DNA of 63,984 nucleotides, counting the filler, from Octopus bimaculoides (lineage: Eukaryota): NCBI RefSeq assembly GCF_001194135.2. It is 5 parts of 5 records of this genome, joined end to end, with 100 filler letters (N's around TTAATTAATTAA, not from the genome) between each part and the next. Parts side by side here need not be neighbours in the genome. Positions count along the whole stretch, not along the records: positions 41,229 to 55,813 come from NC_069003.1; positions 55,914 to 62,857 come from NC_069006.1; positions 62,958 to 63,984 come from NW_026386659.1; 2 more parts are not named here. One strand, given 5' to 3'. Shown piece by piece: positions 52,317 to 63,627 of the stretch. Position 1 is the stretch's first letter, and each line of letters begins with the position of its first letter. A program made the position numbers and the translations under genes. The notes under the pieces were generated by a model. It was not told the DNA's origin. It saw only the letters and a program-made list of their open reading frames with translations, and searched no databases.

Positions 52317-52810
52317 GTATATATATGTAAATGTGTGCATGTATTTGTGTACACATATATATATTTATGTGTTTGTATGTATATAACTGAGTGTGTATGT
52401 ATATATGTGTGTGTGTGTGTATGTATGGGCGCATATATATACATAAATATGTATGGGCATATATTTATGTATGTGTGTATATGAATATATGTGATGTGAT
52501 GCTGCTGCATAGAACAATACGGATTCCATTGGTGATGTCTCTGCCAGCCTCCTTCTTCCCGGTTTGTCTAAACTGCAAAGCTAGCTTCCATTTTACGGAG
52601 ACTTGCATTTAATGTTCGGTGCTGTTGTCGAGGTGGTAGAGCAGCCAGCCAAGGGAGTGGTGTGGTGTGGCACTGTCGGCTGATGAAGTAGAGAGTGGTT
52701 AGTGTGGCGCTACAGCTGGGCAGGTCAAGTGGCACAGTGGAAGCTGATCGGTGACAAGAGATAAACATGTTTTTTACCTACACTGTACGTACCTAATGTG
52801 TTTATGTGTA

Positions 52811-52842
<32 letters not shown>

Positions 52843-53019
52843 ATGTGTATGTGTGTATATATATATATATATACGTGTGTGTGTGTGTTCTTTATGTAAT
52901 ATATGTGTGTGTGTGGTAGTGTGTGTGTATCACATGCATGCATGTGGTTTTATAATGTGTGTGTCTGTGTGTGTGAGTGTGATATTTATTATTAACAAAG
53001 AACGTCTTTGCTACTGTTG

Positions 53020-53044
53020 TCATCATCATCATCATCATCATCAC

Positions 53045-53081
<37 letters not shown>

Positions 53082-53370
53082 GTTAATTAATTAATTAATT
53101 ATTGTTGTGATGATGACGAACAATTATTGTTGTTGTTCTTGTTGTTGCTGTTGTTGTTGTTGCAGCTGCTGCTGCTGTAGTCAGTGCAGAGGTTGTTTTT
53201 TGCTGCAGTTGTTGCTGCTGCTGCTTCCACTGCTATTACTACTGCTGCTACTACCACCGCCACCACTGCTACTACTATTACCACCACCACCACCACCACC
53301 ACTACCACCACCATTACTACTACTACCACCACCACCAGCACTACTACTACTACTACCACCACCACCACCG

Positions 53371-53408
<38 letters not shown>

Positions 53409-53517
53409 GCCACTACTACTACTACTACCACCACCACCACCACCACTACTACTACTACTACTACAGNNNNNNNNNNNNNNNNNNNCACTACTACTACTAC
53501 TACCACCACCACCACCG

Positions 53518-53555
<38 letters not shown>

Positions 53556-53612
53556 GCCACTACTACTACTACTACCACCACCACCACCACCACTACTACT
53601 ACTACTACTACA
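53020..53612. repeat. Compound trinucleotide repeat (CAT/TAT/TGT/CTA/CCA)
   Basis: Direct reading. It is the source of the poly-V/T/L/P ORFs. Confidence 0.92.
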
Positions 53613-54720
53613 GTTTTTGTTGTTATAGTTGTAATAAGCCTTTAATGTTGTTTTAAAAAAAACAACAATGTTTTAACATAGAAACTGACCTCATGTTCAT
53701 CTGTAGGAGAGGTGTCATACATCACAGTGCCTTTGACTTTCTTCACCATTCCAACCATGACCACCTAGTCTTTGTGTCTCTGTATAAAGCATTATATGCT
53801 CCAATGTGTCCTCCTTCTTGTTTTAAAGTAGGGTATGATTTATTTTTTTGTTAAAGATTTTGACTGCTATGTCTAGTACGTCGATCTATGTCAAGCAGAT
53901 CCACGTTATGAATCCCTTGTCAGCTTGTTCCCTCGTTAGCTTCAATGTTGCCCTGACTTCTAATACAATAGTACAGTGTTGAGTTTAATTAGTACAGCAC
54001 AATGTGATGTTATACTACAGCTTAGTACAACATAGTGTGGTACCACATTATACTGTAATGTGGTACCATACAGTGTTCTTTTGTCACATAATGCAGTACA
54101 ATACAGTGTAGGGTTGTAGTGTGTAGTGGTACCATACGCTGTAGTGTTGTTATACAACTTAGTTCAATACAGTGTCATGTTGCATAATGCAGTATGGTAT
54201 AGTGTGGTGTTGTAGTACAGTTTAGTACAGCATATTATGATGTATTATAACTAATATAATACAATGTAGTTTTGATATATATACATGGACTGGGCTGTAT
54301 GTTGTGTTCTTGAGCAAGACACTTTGTTTCATGTTGCTCCTGTTCCCTCAGCTGTAGAAATCAGTTGCAATGTTACTGGTGCCAAATTGTATTGGCCTTT
54401 GCCTTTCACTTCGATAATCTTTGAGAGGGGAGGCTGGTATGCATGAGCAACTGCTGGTCTTCCATAAACAACCTTGCCCAGACTTGTGCCTCAGAGGGGA
54501 ACTTTCTAGGTGCAATCCCATGGTCATTCATGACCGAAGGGGCTCTTTATTGCAGGATAACTCTGTTAATGTCTTCATAATTTTTCTTGTGTTTCCACTC
54601 TGCAGTGTACCGTTATTGTAAACAGTCTTGTAATAATTTTCTCTCGATATTTATGTATTCCTTTTCTGAAAAATAATCTATGTCACTTCCTTGAATGCTA
54701 TATCTCTGTTTCCACTGCAG

Positions 54721-54928
54721 GCGTACGACCGCTACATAAACCAAGCGAACGAGGATCTCCAGAGAGAACAGGAAACTTTACAGCGAAATGTTGTAGTTAA
54801 ACCTCAAATCAAGCAGCCAAAGGTGTTGGAATCCCGTCGCTTCCGGCAACAATCCCCTCCAGATGTCAGTTCTTCCAAGCTTAGTTTGTCACAGTCAAGG
54901 GATTCCACCGGCTCTAGTGCTGATGAAG
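54721..54928 (+). CDS. CEP350: CEP350-like internal exon (phase 0 to 1)
   Basis: ttccactgcag| acceptor and |gtactt donor. AYDRYINQANEDLQRE...KPQIKQPK resembles CEP350 SYDEFIKKTEAELSQD...KPQIK. Confidence 0.9.
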
Positions 54929-55485
54929 GTACTTCCACAATGACTTCTTGGCCTTCTTCTCTTCTTAATGACCCAAAACCATTTTATAATTGTCTAGAGT
55001 AGTTACAACATCATACTTGCTGTCGAATGTAATGGGTATAAATTTTCTCTCTTTGGGATTTCAAGCTCAAATCTGATTGGAATTGACTTTGTTTTTCATC
55101 CTTTATGGAGTGATTAAATAAGGAGCAGTAATGTGTAAGAGGATGGATGAATTGAATCAATAACATTCAATCAAATGGAAATCAATCGCTTGCTTACTCA
55201 ATATTATTCTTATTACTTCGTTATTATTACGACAAAGGCGGTGAGCTGACAGAATTGTTAGCAAATCGGGCGAAATGCTTAGCAGTATTTCGTCTTCTGT
55301 TACGTTCTGAGTTCAAATTCCGCCAAGGTTGACTTTGCCTGTCATCCTTTCGGGGTCGATAAATTGAGTACCAGTGAAACACTGGGGTCAATGTAATCGA
55401 TTAACCCTCTCTATCCTGCAAATTTCAGGCCTTGTGCCTACTGTAAAAAAGATTATTATCATCATCATCATCATCATTATTATTA

Positions 55486-55520
<35 letters not shown>

Positions 55521-55544
55521 TTGATTATGATTGTCATTATTATT

Positions 55545-55813
55545 ATTATTTTATGTTTGACTTTTGTTTTGCATTTGTACAAGTTGGATCCAAGTCTCAC
55601 CCAGAGACCTCAAGAGACAACAAGTTAGAAGTTCATGTAGGTGTTATGCCTAGGGTACCATATATTTGGATTTGTACAGTTTTGTTCAAGTGAATGTTTA
55701 AGAAACCATAAGAAAATTATGTGTTTGCTTTAAAATTTGAGATCACATAGACAGTATTTTACGTAGGATATGGGCAGTTCCCATGAGCACTATCTTTTGA
55801 ACTTCAGCCATTT
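55545..55813 (-). mobile_element. R4/Dong-type LINE 3' end, cut by scaffold join
   Basis: MAEVQKIVLMGTAHILRKILSM*, same subfamily as 29604-29812. Its (TAA)n tail is shared with the family B SINE at 55236-55470. Confidence 0.78.
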
Positions 55814-55913
55814 NNNNNNNNNNNNNNNNNNNNNNNNNNNNNNNNNNNNNNNNNNNNTTAATTAATTAANNNNNNNNNNNNNNNNNNNNNNNNNNNNNNN
55901 NNNNNNNNNNNNN
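55814..55913. other. Artificial scaffold-join spacer separating the CEP350 and aPKC exons
   Basis: 44 N + TTAATTAATTAA + 44 N. Confidence 0.93.
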
Positions 55914-56001
55914 GATAATAATAATGATAATAATAATAATAATAATAATGATAATAATGATGATGATAATAATAATGATAATAATAATAATAATAATAAT
56001 G

Positions 56002-56042
<41 letters not shown>

Positions 56043-56762
56043 GAAGAAAGTGAAATTGAAGCTGTAGAATCAGTGGTTTTTCATTGGCTTTCAGTTCCGA
56101 AGAAGTTTCTCTGCTAGATTCTCAACTCTCACCAAGATAGAAGGACAATAATCTGTTTAATTCATGAGAAACCACAGATAAACCCTCACCCAGTGGACCA
56201 TACAGTTTTTGCCCCCTCTCCTCGCCCCTCTCTCTCATATTTGGGTTCACTCAAAAGTTTCCCCCACCCTCTCTCTGCAACATAAATTGTCTTCCCACCT
56301 TGTCCAAAGAAATCGAGTTCAATGTTGCTGGTGTGGTTCCTGCAGTAGTTTATTTGTCAGTGTTATTGATTAAGAGCAATATCAACCTCAGTCAGTATAT
56401 ATCAGGTGTCTCCCAACTTAACTGTATATCTATCCTCTAGCAATACTCGATCGTCACCAGATGTTGGAAAGGAACTAGGCATGCATAGCTGAGTCCATTT
56501 GAAGCTATTGATCCATTCACCTATGTCCTTCCTGTTTATCTAGCCATCCATATCCACCTATATCTCTATCCATGTATGCCTGTTTGTCTATCTACCCTCC
56601 ATGTCTACCTGTTTGTCTGTCCACCTGTCTGTCTACCTGCTGATCTAACTACTTATATATATCTGCCTATCTTTCTGTCTAATTCTTGCCTATCCATCTA
56701 TTTCAATTCACCTGTCTCTCTGTTCACCTGTGTGTGTGTGTCTTGCTATATGTCTATATCTT

Positions 56763-56995
56763 GCTGTCTTTCTAGCTAACACCTATATCTATCTATTCAC
56801 CTGTATTTATCTACCTGTCTGTGTATCTGTCTAGCTGTCTTTCTAGCTAATACTTATACCTATCTATTCACCTGTATTTATCTACCTGTCTGTGTATCTG
56901 TCTAGCTGTTTTTCTAGCTAATATTTATATCTATCTATTCACCTGTATTTATCTACCTGTCTGTTTATCTGTCTAGCTGTCTTTCTAGCTAATAC
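56763..56995. repeat. Tandem repeat of about 71 bp, x3.3
   Basis: Unit gctgtctttctagctaa...ctattcacctgtatttatctacctgtctgtgtatctgtcta. Confidence 0.85.
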
Positions 56996-57126
56996 CCATC
57001 TGTTTATCCACTTATGTCTCTCGACCTATCTGCCTATCCACCTGTATCTCTCTGTTTATTTAGCTCATATCCACCTGTCTCTCTACTTACCTGTATATCA
57101 TTTTATTCCTTTTTGTGTCTTTTCAG

Positions 57127-57177
57127 TGTTTCCTAATGTGCCAGACCGACCAGGAATGCCCTGTGATGGAGAAGACC
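57127..57177 (+). CDS. PRKCI: Atypical protein kinase C exon (equivalent to PRKCI/PRKCZ exon 4, 51 nt)
   Basis: tcttttcag| acceptor and |gtaagt donor. (V)FPNVPDRPGMPCDGED(R) compares with human PKC-iota VFPCVPERPGMPCPGEDK. Phase 1 to 1. Confidence 0.93.
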
Positions 57178-57326
57178 GTAAGTCAATTGATAAAATAAAA
57201 CCATCTAAATCAGGGTCCGCAACCATTTTTTTTACCTATGAACCCTATTTTGATTCCTATTTTACTCTGCCAGATCCTCATAGCCATCTGATGTCTAAAA
57301 ATATTCAATTCTATTTTTATCATTAA

Positions 57327-57549
57327 CCCTTTTGTTACTACATTTATTTTGAGATGCTCTGTGTTTCTTTCAATTAATTTTAAATATAACAAAGAATTTA
57401 GTAAAATAACTTAGTTATCATTAAGCTAGTGTTAGGAACATAAATTGTGACCAAGGTTTGGTGGAAGATTTTAATTCAAAACTTTTGAAAACAAGACATT
57501 TGTACTACAGAGCCAAAATGCAGTTTTAGCCAGGCTGGTATCGAAAGGG
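57327..57549. mobile_element. piggyBac-type MITE, copy 1
   Basis: TTAA-CCCTTTTGTTAC ... GGTATCGAAAGGG-TTAA. Confidence 0.82.
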
Positions 57550-57576
57550 TTAAGAATTGTTTCTCTATTATTTTAG

Positions 57577-57794
57577 CCCTTTTGTTACCATATTTATTTT
57601 GAAATATTCTGGTGTTTCTTTCAATTAATTTTAAAACAAAGAATTTAGTAAAATAACTTAGTTATCATTAAGACAGTGTTAGGAACATAAATTGTGACTA
57701 AGGTCTGGTGGAAGATTTTAATTCAAAACTTTAGAAAAGAAGACATTTGTACTCAGAGCCAGAGCTGGTTTCAGCCAGGTTGGTAACGAAAGGG
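57577..57794. mobile_element. piggyBac-type MITE, copy 2
   Basis: TTAG-CCCTTTTGTTACC ... GGTAACGAAAGGG-TTAA. Internal sequence is similar to copy 1. Confidence 0.82.
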
Positions 57795-58534
57795 TTAAAT
57801 ATTATCAGAAATTGTATAAAGAAAATTAAAATATTTTATGCATTGTAGAAGTATCACCAATTTATTGCAGATAAATTTTAACAACAAAACCTTACATGAG
57901 CCCTTAACGGTGACATGGGCCCTGGTTGAGAACCACTGAACTCGTCAAGTACAATTGAAAAACCTTCATGTTATTGAAATTGCTTAGTGCTGAAGGCTTC
58001 TTAAGAGATCTCTCTTGTTATATGGCCCCTACCCTATTCTCAGAAACCCTTAACAAATCTTTTACTATTGGACCCACTTATGTGCACACATGTGTTTCTC
58101 TCTTTGGATGTTGACCTTCTGAAATTACAAGCTGTGGTCAGTGTTCTCTGTTAGTTTCCTATCAACAAGTCTTCATGTAGCTCTGTGCATTCAAAGACCT
58201 GTGGAATGAAGGAATGGAAATTATATTATTTGAAAAACACAGCAAGGGTTAGTGACAGGAAGGTCATCCAGTTGTGAAATACCACTTCAACAGTATATAT
58301 TCACCTAACCCATGCCAGCATGGATTAAAAAAAAATGGAAGTAAAACCCAAAGAACGAATGAATAAATATAATAATTGATAGATTAGAAATCCTGGGCTG
58401 TGATGGGAAAATTATATTTTTTGTTCCGCATGAAATAGATATTATTTAATTAATGATGATTCATCAATAGCACATATATGCAAATGAGTTTGTAGGGAGC
58501 CCTTCTCCCTCTCATCATCATCATCATCATTTAA

Positions 58535-58867
58535 CCCTTTAACATTCAGATTCCTCTGTCACATATAATGCTTATTTGTTGACATTGTTTTGTATTAATC
58601 CTGGATTATCTCATAGCTGTGAGATTTCAGTGATACGACTGTTCAGTTTTAGTATTGACATTGTAGGCTAGGTGTGAGAGGCCTGTTCTGGCTGGTTTGA
58701 ACATAAGACCTGTTTTTAGAATGACAGCGTAGGGTACGTGTGAGAGGCCAGATCTGCTCTGTTTGAACACAAAACACATTTTTAGAATGACATTGTAGGG
58801 TACGTGTGAGAGGCCTAAAACAGGTTAAATATTTGTGCCTGATATAGCTGGTTTGAATGCGGACGGG
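58535..58867. mobile_element. piggyBac-type MITE inserted in the TTAA of a family E repeat
   Basis: TTAA-CCCTTTAACATTCA ... TGAATGCGGACGGG-TTAA. The host repeat resumes on both sides. Confidence 0.72.
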
Positions 58868-59293
58868 TTAAAGTCCATCTTCCATGCTGGCATGGGTCGG
58901 ACGGTTTGACAAGATTCAACAAAGCTTGAGGACTGTACTAAACTCCAGTGTCTGCTTTGGCATGGCTTCTATGACTAGACGCAATGAACTGGATGCTTTG
59001 TATGTGGCACCAACACTAGTGAGGTCACCAAGTAATCTGCAGGACAAGACTCATCAACTGAGAAGTGGTGGTGGGAGTAGTAGTATTAAGAGAGATAGCT
59101 TTACACCAGTTGATGATGGGAGGCTGAAGTCTGACAGAGGGACAAGAACGGACAGGTGTCTTGCAGTAGAGCGGATACATGGCTACCCCAGGGGTGTCAG
59201 GGTGTACACTCGTGGTACAAGAAGGTGAGTTAATTAATATTTTCAGTTTGTTAATTGCAAATTTACCTTTGTTTCTTCTTTCTCTGTGTTCAG

Positions 59294-59379
59294 GTAACAT
59301 TTATCGGAGAGGTGCTAGGCGCTGGAGAAAACTGTACAGAATCAATGGTCATTTATTCCAAGCAAAACGGTTCTCAAAG
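59294..59379 (+). CDS. PRKCI: Atypical protein kinase C exon (pseudosubstrate + start of C1; equivalent to exon 5, 86 nt)
   Basis: tctctgtgttcag| acceptor and |gtaacg donor. [28 protein letters not shown] is the aPKC pseudosubstrate signature, in frame with 57127-57177. Confidence 0.97.
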
Positions 59380-59947
59380 GTAACGGCAGATTCCTATGCA
59401 TTTCTATGTTGTGTCTTGACTTGCTTAATATAACAGCCAAATCTCCCAATATCTCCTTTTCTCTTTCTTTCTCTCTCACACATACAATATAAATTACATG
59501 CTATAACTTTGTTTGTCTGTCTTTGTGTCTGTGTATGTCTCCCCATCATCACTTGACAACTGATGCTGGTGTGTTTACATCCTTGTAACTTAGTGGTTCA
59601 GCAAAAGAGTCTGATAGAATAAGTACTCGGCTTACACACATGTCTAGAAATAGACATGTGCATAGAAATATACACAGACGTATATATATGTGTGTGTGTG
59701 CGTGTGTGAACACACTGTAAAATACACAGGTGCACATCTTTACACACCTACACAAGTGTGTTGTGGCCACAACATAGCTGAATGGTTAGGGAGTTTGCTT
59801 TGCAGCCACGAAGAATCCATTACTCATCTTGGCTTGTCTTGTTGTCATTTAATATAGTTTCTGGTTTTGAATGGCAGCTTGAATATGACTCTGGGCTCAC
59901 AACAGTTGTTCAATTTACAGAGAAAATGGTAAAAAAAATAATGTGCA

Positions 59948-60466
59948 GACATGGCTGTATGACAAGAATGTTGCTTACCAACCACATGGTTCTGGGTTCA
60001 GTCCCACCGTGTGGCACCTTGGGCAAGTGTCTTCTACTATGGCCTTGGGCTGACCAAAGCATTGTGAGTGAATTTGGTAGATGGAAATTGAAAGAAGCCC
60101 GTCATTTATATATGTGTGTNNNNNNNNNNNNNNNNNNNNNNNNNNNNNNNNNNNNNNNNNNNNNNNNNNNNNNNNNNNNNNNNNNNNNNNNNNNNNNNNN
60201 NNNNNNNNNNNNNNNNNNNNNNNNNNNNNNNNNNNNNNNNNNNNNNNNNNNNNNNNNNNNNNNNNNNNNNNNNNNNNNNNNNNNNNNNNNNNNNNNNNNN
60301 NNNNNNNNNNNNNNNNNNNNNNNNNNNNNNNNNNNNNNNNNNNNNNNNNNNNNNNNNNNNNNNNNNNNNNNNNNNNNNNNNNNNNNNNNNNNNNNNNNNN
60401 NNNNNNNNNNNNNNNNNNNNNNNNNNNTTATATATGTATATATATATATATGTATATGCATATATT

Positions 60467-60514
<48 letters not shown>

Positions 60515-60735
60515 TGTTTTTGTGTCTGTATTTGTCTCCCTACCATCACTTGACAACTTGTGATACTTTGTTTACATCCCTGTAACTTAGCAGTTTGGCA
60601 AAAGAGACAAAGCAAGCGACTGATAGAATAAGTACGAGGCTTACAAAGAATAAGTCCTGGGGTTGCCTTCTTTGACTAAAACCCTTTTAGGTGGTGCTCC
60701 AGCATGGACTCGGTCCCATGACTGAAATGATTAAA
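59948..60735 (+). mobile_element. SINE family A with internal microsatellite expanded across a gap
   Basis: Head catggctgtatg...ggttcagtccc, body, internal TA/TG tract with N gap, tail ggtgctccagcatgg. Confidence 0.82.
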
Positions 60736-61039
60736 AGCATAAACAAAACGACCAAAACCTCCTACGTGAGTGGCATCGGCCCATGGATGTGGATTCCTCT
60801 GCTACAAGAGATTCCATCACATTGCTTCACTTGCTCAGTGATAACTTAGGAATTTCACTGTTTGTATATATATGTGTGTGAGAGAGGGGGGGAGGGAGAG
60901 AAAGGGAGACCGACAGACAGACAGACAGTGTATACACAGCTGTATGTGAATACATGTGGCTCCGAATGTTGGTACCAGCTGTCTTATCTCCTCAGTTTAA
61001 GAACAAGTACTTCAGTGTATGGACTTGCGTAAGGGCCCA

Positions 61040-61620
61040 CAGGCCTCCCTACACCCCCGCACACATGCATGCACTGACCAGTTTTTGTAGCTCCGGTCCA
61101 CTCGGCTGGCAAAAATGAGTTGTACCTGTAATTCAAAGGGTCCAAACTTGTCACATTCTCTGTTTCACTGAATCTCTCTGAGAACTACATTAAGGGTACA
61201 TGTGTCTGTGGAGCACTCAGCCACTTGCCATATTAATTTCACAAACAGGCTGTTCCATTAATTGCATCAACTGGAATCCTCATCATTGTAACTGATGGAG
61301 TGCCAGCTGTATATGGTGAAAGTATGTGGCGTAGGGGTTAAGGTATTTGGCTCACAACCATAAAGTCCTGAGTTCAATTCCTGGCTGCATAGTGTGTCCT
61401 TGAGCAAGACACTTTATTTCACATTGTTCCAGTCCCCTCAGCTGGCAGAAATGAGTTGTACCTGTAATTCAATGAGGCCAGCTTTGTCACATTTTGTGTC
61501 ATGCTGAATTTCCCTGAGAACTATGTTAAGGGTATGTGTGTCTGTGGAGTATTCAGCCATTTGCATGTTAATTTCACAAGCAGGCTGTTCCATTGATCGG
61601 ATCAACTGGAACCCTTGTTG
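61040..61620 (+). mobile_element. Two tandem diverged family C-related SINEs
   Basis: Both carry cctgtaattcaa...gttaagggta..tgtgtctgtggag...caactggaa. The second has a tRNA-like head at about 61320 (GAGTTCAATTCC). Confidence 0.8.
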
Positions 61621-61624
61621 TTGT

Positions 61625-61960
61625 ATATGTATGGAAATTCCATGCTGGGAATAGCATTAAGAGAGCACATTCCAAATGAGACGATTCGAGAATGGAGCAG
61701 AGTGAAAGATGTGATCGTAGAATACCATAAGCCCAAGTTACACCGGGCCAGATGTGTTAGAAGATTCTCAGACAACAGATGGATCTCTGCAGTTGTTGAG
61801 TGGTATCCAAGAGATCCGAAAGGGCCACTTGGAAGGCCTCCATGATGGTGGGAAGATGATTTAGCTAAGTGATTTTGGTTAAGACGGAATGGAATGGTGC
61901 AATTAAGACAGAATTCAAAGTGCATTGTGACCAATGGTGAACAGTAGCATCTGATGGTCT
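61625..61960 (+). mobile_element. RTE-clade LINE 3' fragment
   Basis: MLGIALREHIPNETIREWSRVKDVI...RFSDNRWISAVVEWYPRDPKGPLGRPP*WWEDDL. Confidence 0.85.
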
Positions 61961-62036
61961 GGTCAATACTGTGATATATATATATATATATTTGTTTTGC
62001 AAATTGGCTAAACTGGCAATATGACCATCCCCAAGT

Positions 62037-62108
<72 letters not shown>

Positions 62109-62857
62109 CACTCACATGGTGAGTGTGTTAGATAGGGCATTAACACTAATATGACTCACCCCAGACACAACATTTCCTACCCCCATATGACACCATTCTT
62201 GGCATTTAACCAAATGTTTAGAACTTCTGATTGACTGGGTAAATGGACAGAAACATATATGTAGGTTCCTTTATTTTATTTTTTTGCAAGCTTTACAACT
62301 TGTAATCGATTTATTTGTACTGTTATATTATCCATTATTTCTCCATTTTCTCCATTTTTTCCCTTCAATATTGATAATATATAATTTCAGTAATCCCTAA
62401 CATACACCAGTGACTTTCGCATTATATGATAGGGATTAAACCAGTGGAATACCTTGGATTTTATAATCCCTAATGAGGATATAACTTCCTCAAATTAATT
62501 GGAAATACACACACACACAAGGTGGCGAGCTGGCAGAAACGTTAGCATGCCGGGCGAAATGCTCAGCGGTATTTCATCTGTCTTTACATTCTGAGTTCAA
62601 ATTCTGCTGAGGTTAACTTTGTCTTTCATCCTTTCGGGGGTCGATAAAATAAATGCCAGTTGCATACTGGGGTCGATCTAATTGACTGCCCCGCCAAAAA
62701 AAATTTGGGGCCTTGTGCCAAGAGTAGGAAAGTTAAAAAAATCTATACATACACATACATATGCATCGATATTCACATTTCCTTATACATAAATACATGA
62801 GTACGGTGCTCTGTTACCTGAAAGAAAATGCATGGACAGGTGTGCAGACGGTCAGAC

Positions 62858-62957
62858 NNNNNNNNNNNNNNNNNNNNNNNNNNNNNNNNNNNNNNNNNNN
62901 NTTAATTAATTAANNNNNNNNNNNNNNNNNNNNNNNNNNNNNNNNNNNNNNNNNNNN
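62858..62957. other. Artificial scaffold-join spacer
   Basis: 44 N + TTAATTAATTAA + 44 N. Confidence 0.93.
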
Positions 62958-63009
62958 AGAAAGAGAGAGAGTGAGAGAGAGTGAGTGAGAGAGAAACAGA
63001 GAGTGAGGG

Positions 63010-63050
<41 letters not shown>

Positions 63051-63204
63051 CAGAGATAGATAGATAGATAGATACATACATACATACATAGAGATCGACA
63101 AACAGATATAAAGTGAGGTGGCCCAGAGAGAGAGAGACAAAGACAGAGAGAGAGAAAGAGAGAGAGTGAGAGAGAGTGAGTGAGAGAGAAACAGAGAGTG
63201 AGAG

Positions 63205-63240
<36 letters not shown>

Positions 63241-63566
63241 AAGCTGGCTGGAATGAAATCATCGAACGGCTAAAGATGAAGTTTAATGACATGACACAGC
63301 TGTTGCAACATGTTCTGTTCCAGTGCACAAAGATGCAACAATATCTACCAACTGCACTGTTAGAGGTGGCAGCAGCGGCGGTTGTTGTTGCTGTAGTAAG
63401 TTCTTGACGGTGTGGCTGGTGACGGTGGTGCTGTTCCTGCTGTTTCCCATCCCCCGCCTTGTTGAGATTGGTGTTTGCGTGTGTGTGGGTATGTGTGTGT
63501 ATACATGTGCAAGTATGAGTATGTTTGTGCATGTATATTACATGTCTGTGAGTGTGTGTCTATGTC

Positions 63567-63627
<61 letters not shown>

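Larger units (their letters stand above)
57211..57938. mobile_element. Possible hAT/Charlie-like non-autonomous element hosting two MITEs
   Basis: Left CAGGGTCCGCAACC and right GGTTGAGAACCACTG. No clean 8-bp TSD. Confidence 0.4.

Noticed and set aside
52678-52740. CTGATGA in a GC-richer intronic island
   Set aside because: No stem II or GAAA follows, and the island has no convincing open exon.
53083-53100. TTAATTAATTAATT run resembling the join spacer
   Set aside because: It is not flanked by Ns and is embedded in a natural simple-repeat tract.
63236-63470. Unique island between microsatellites (WNEIIERLKMKF... on plus; MGNSRNSTT... on minus)
   Set aside because: No recognisable homology or consistent splice sites, in a 1-kb block isolated by a join.
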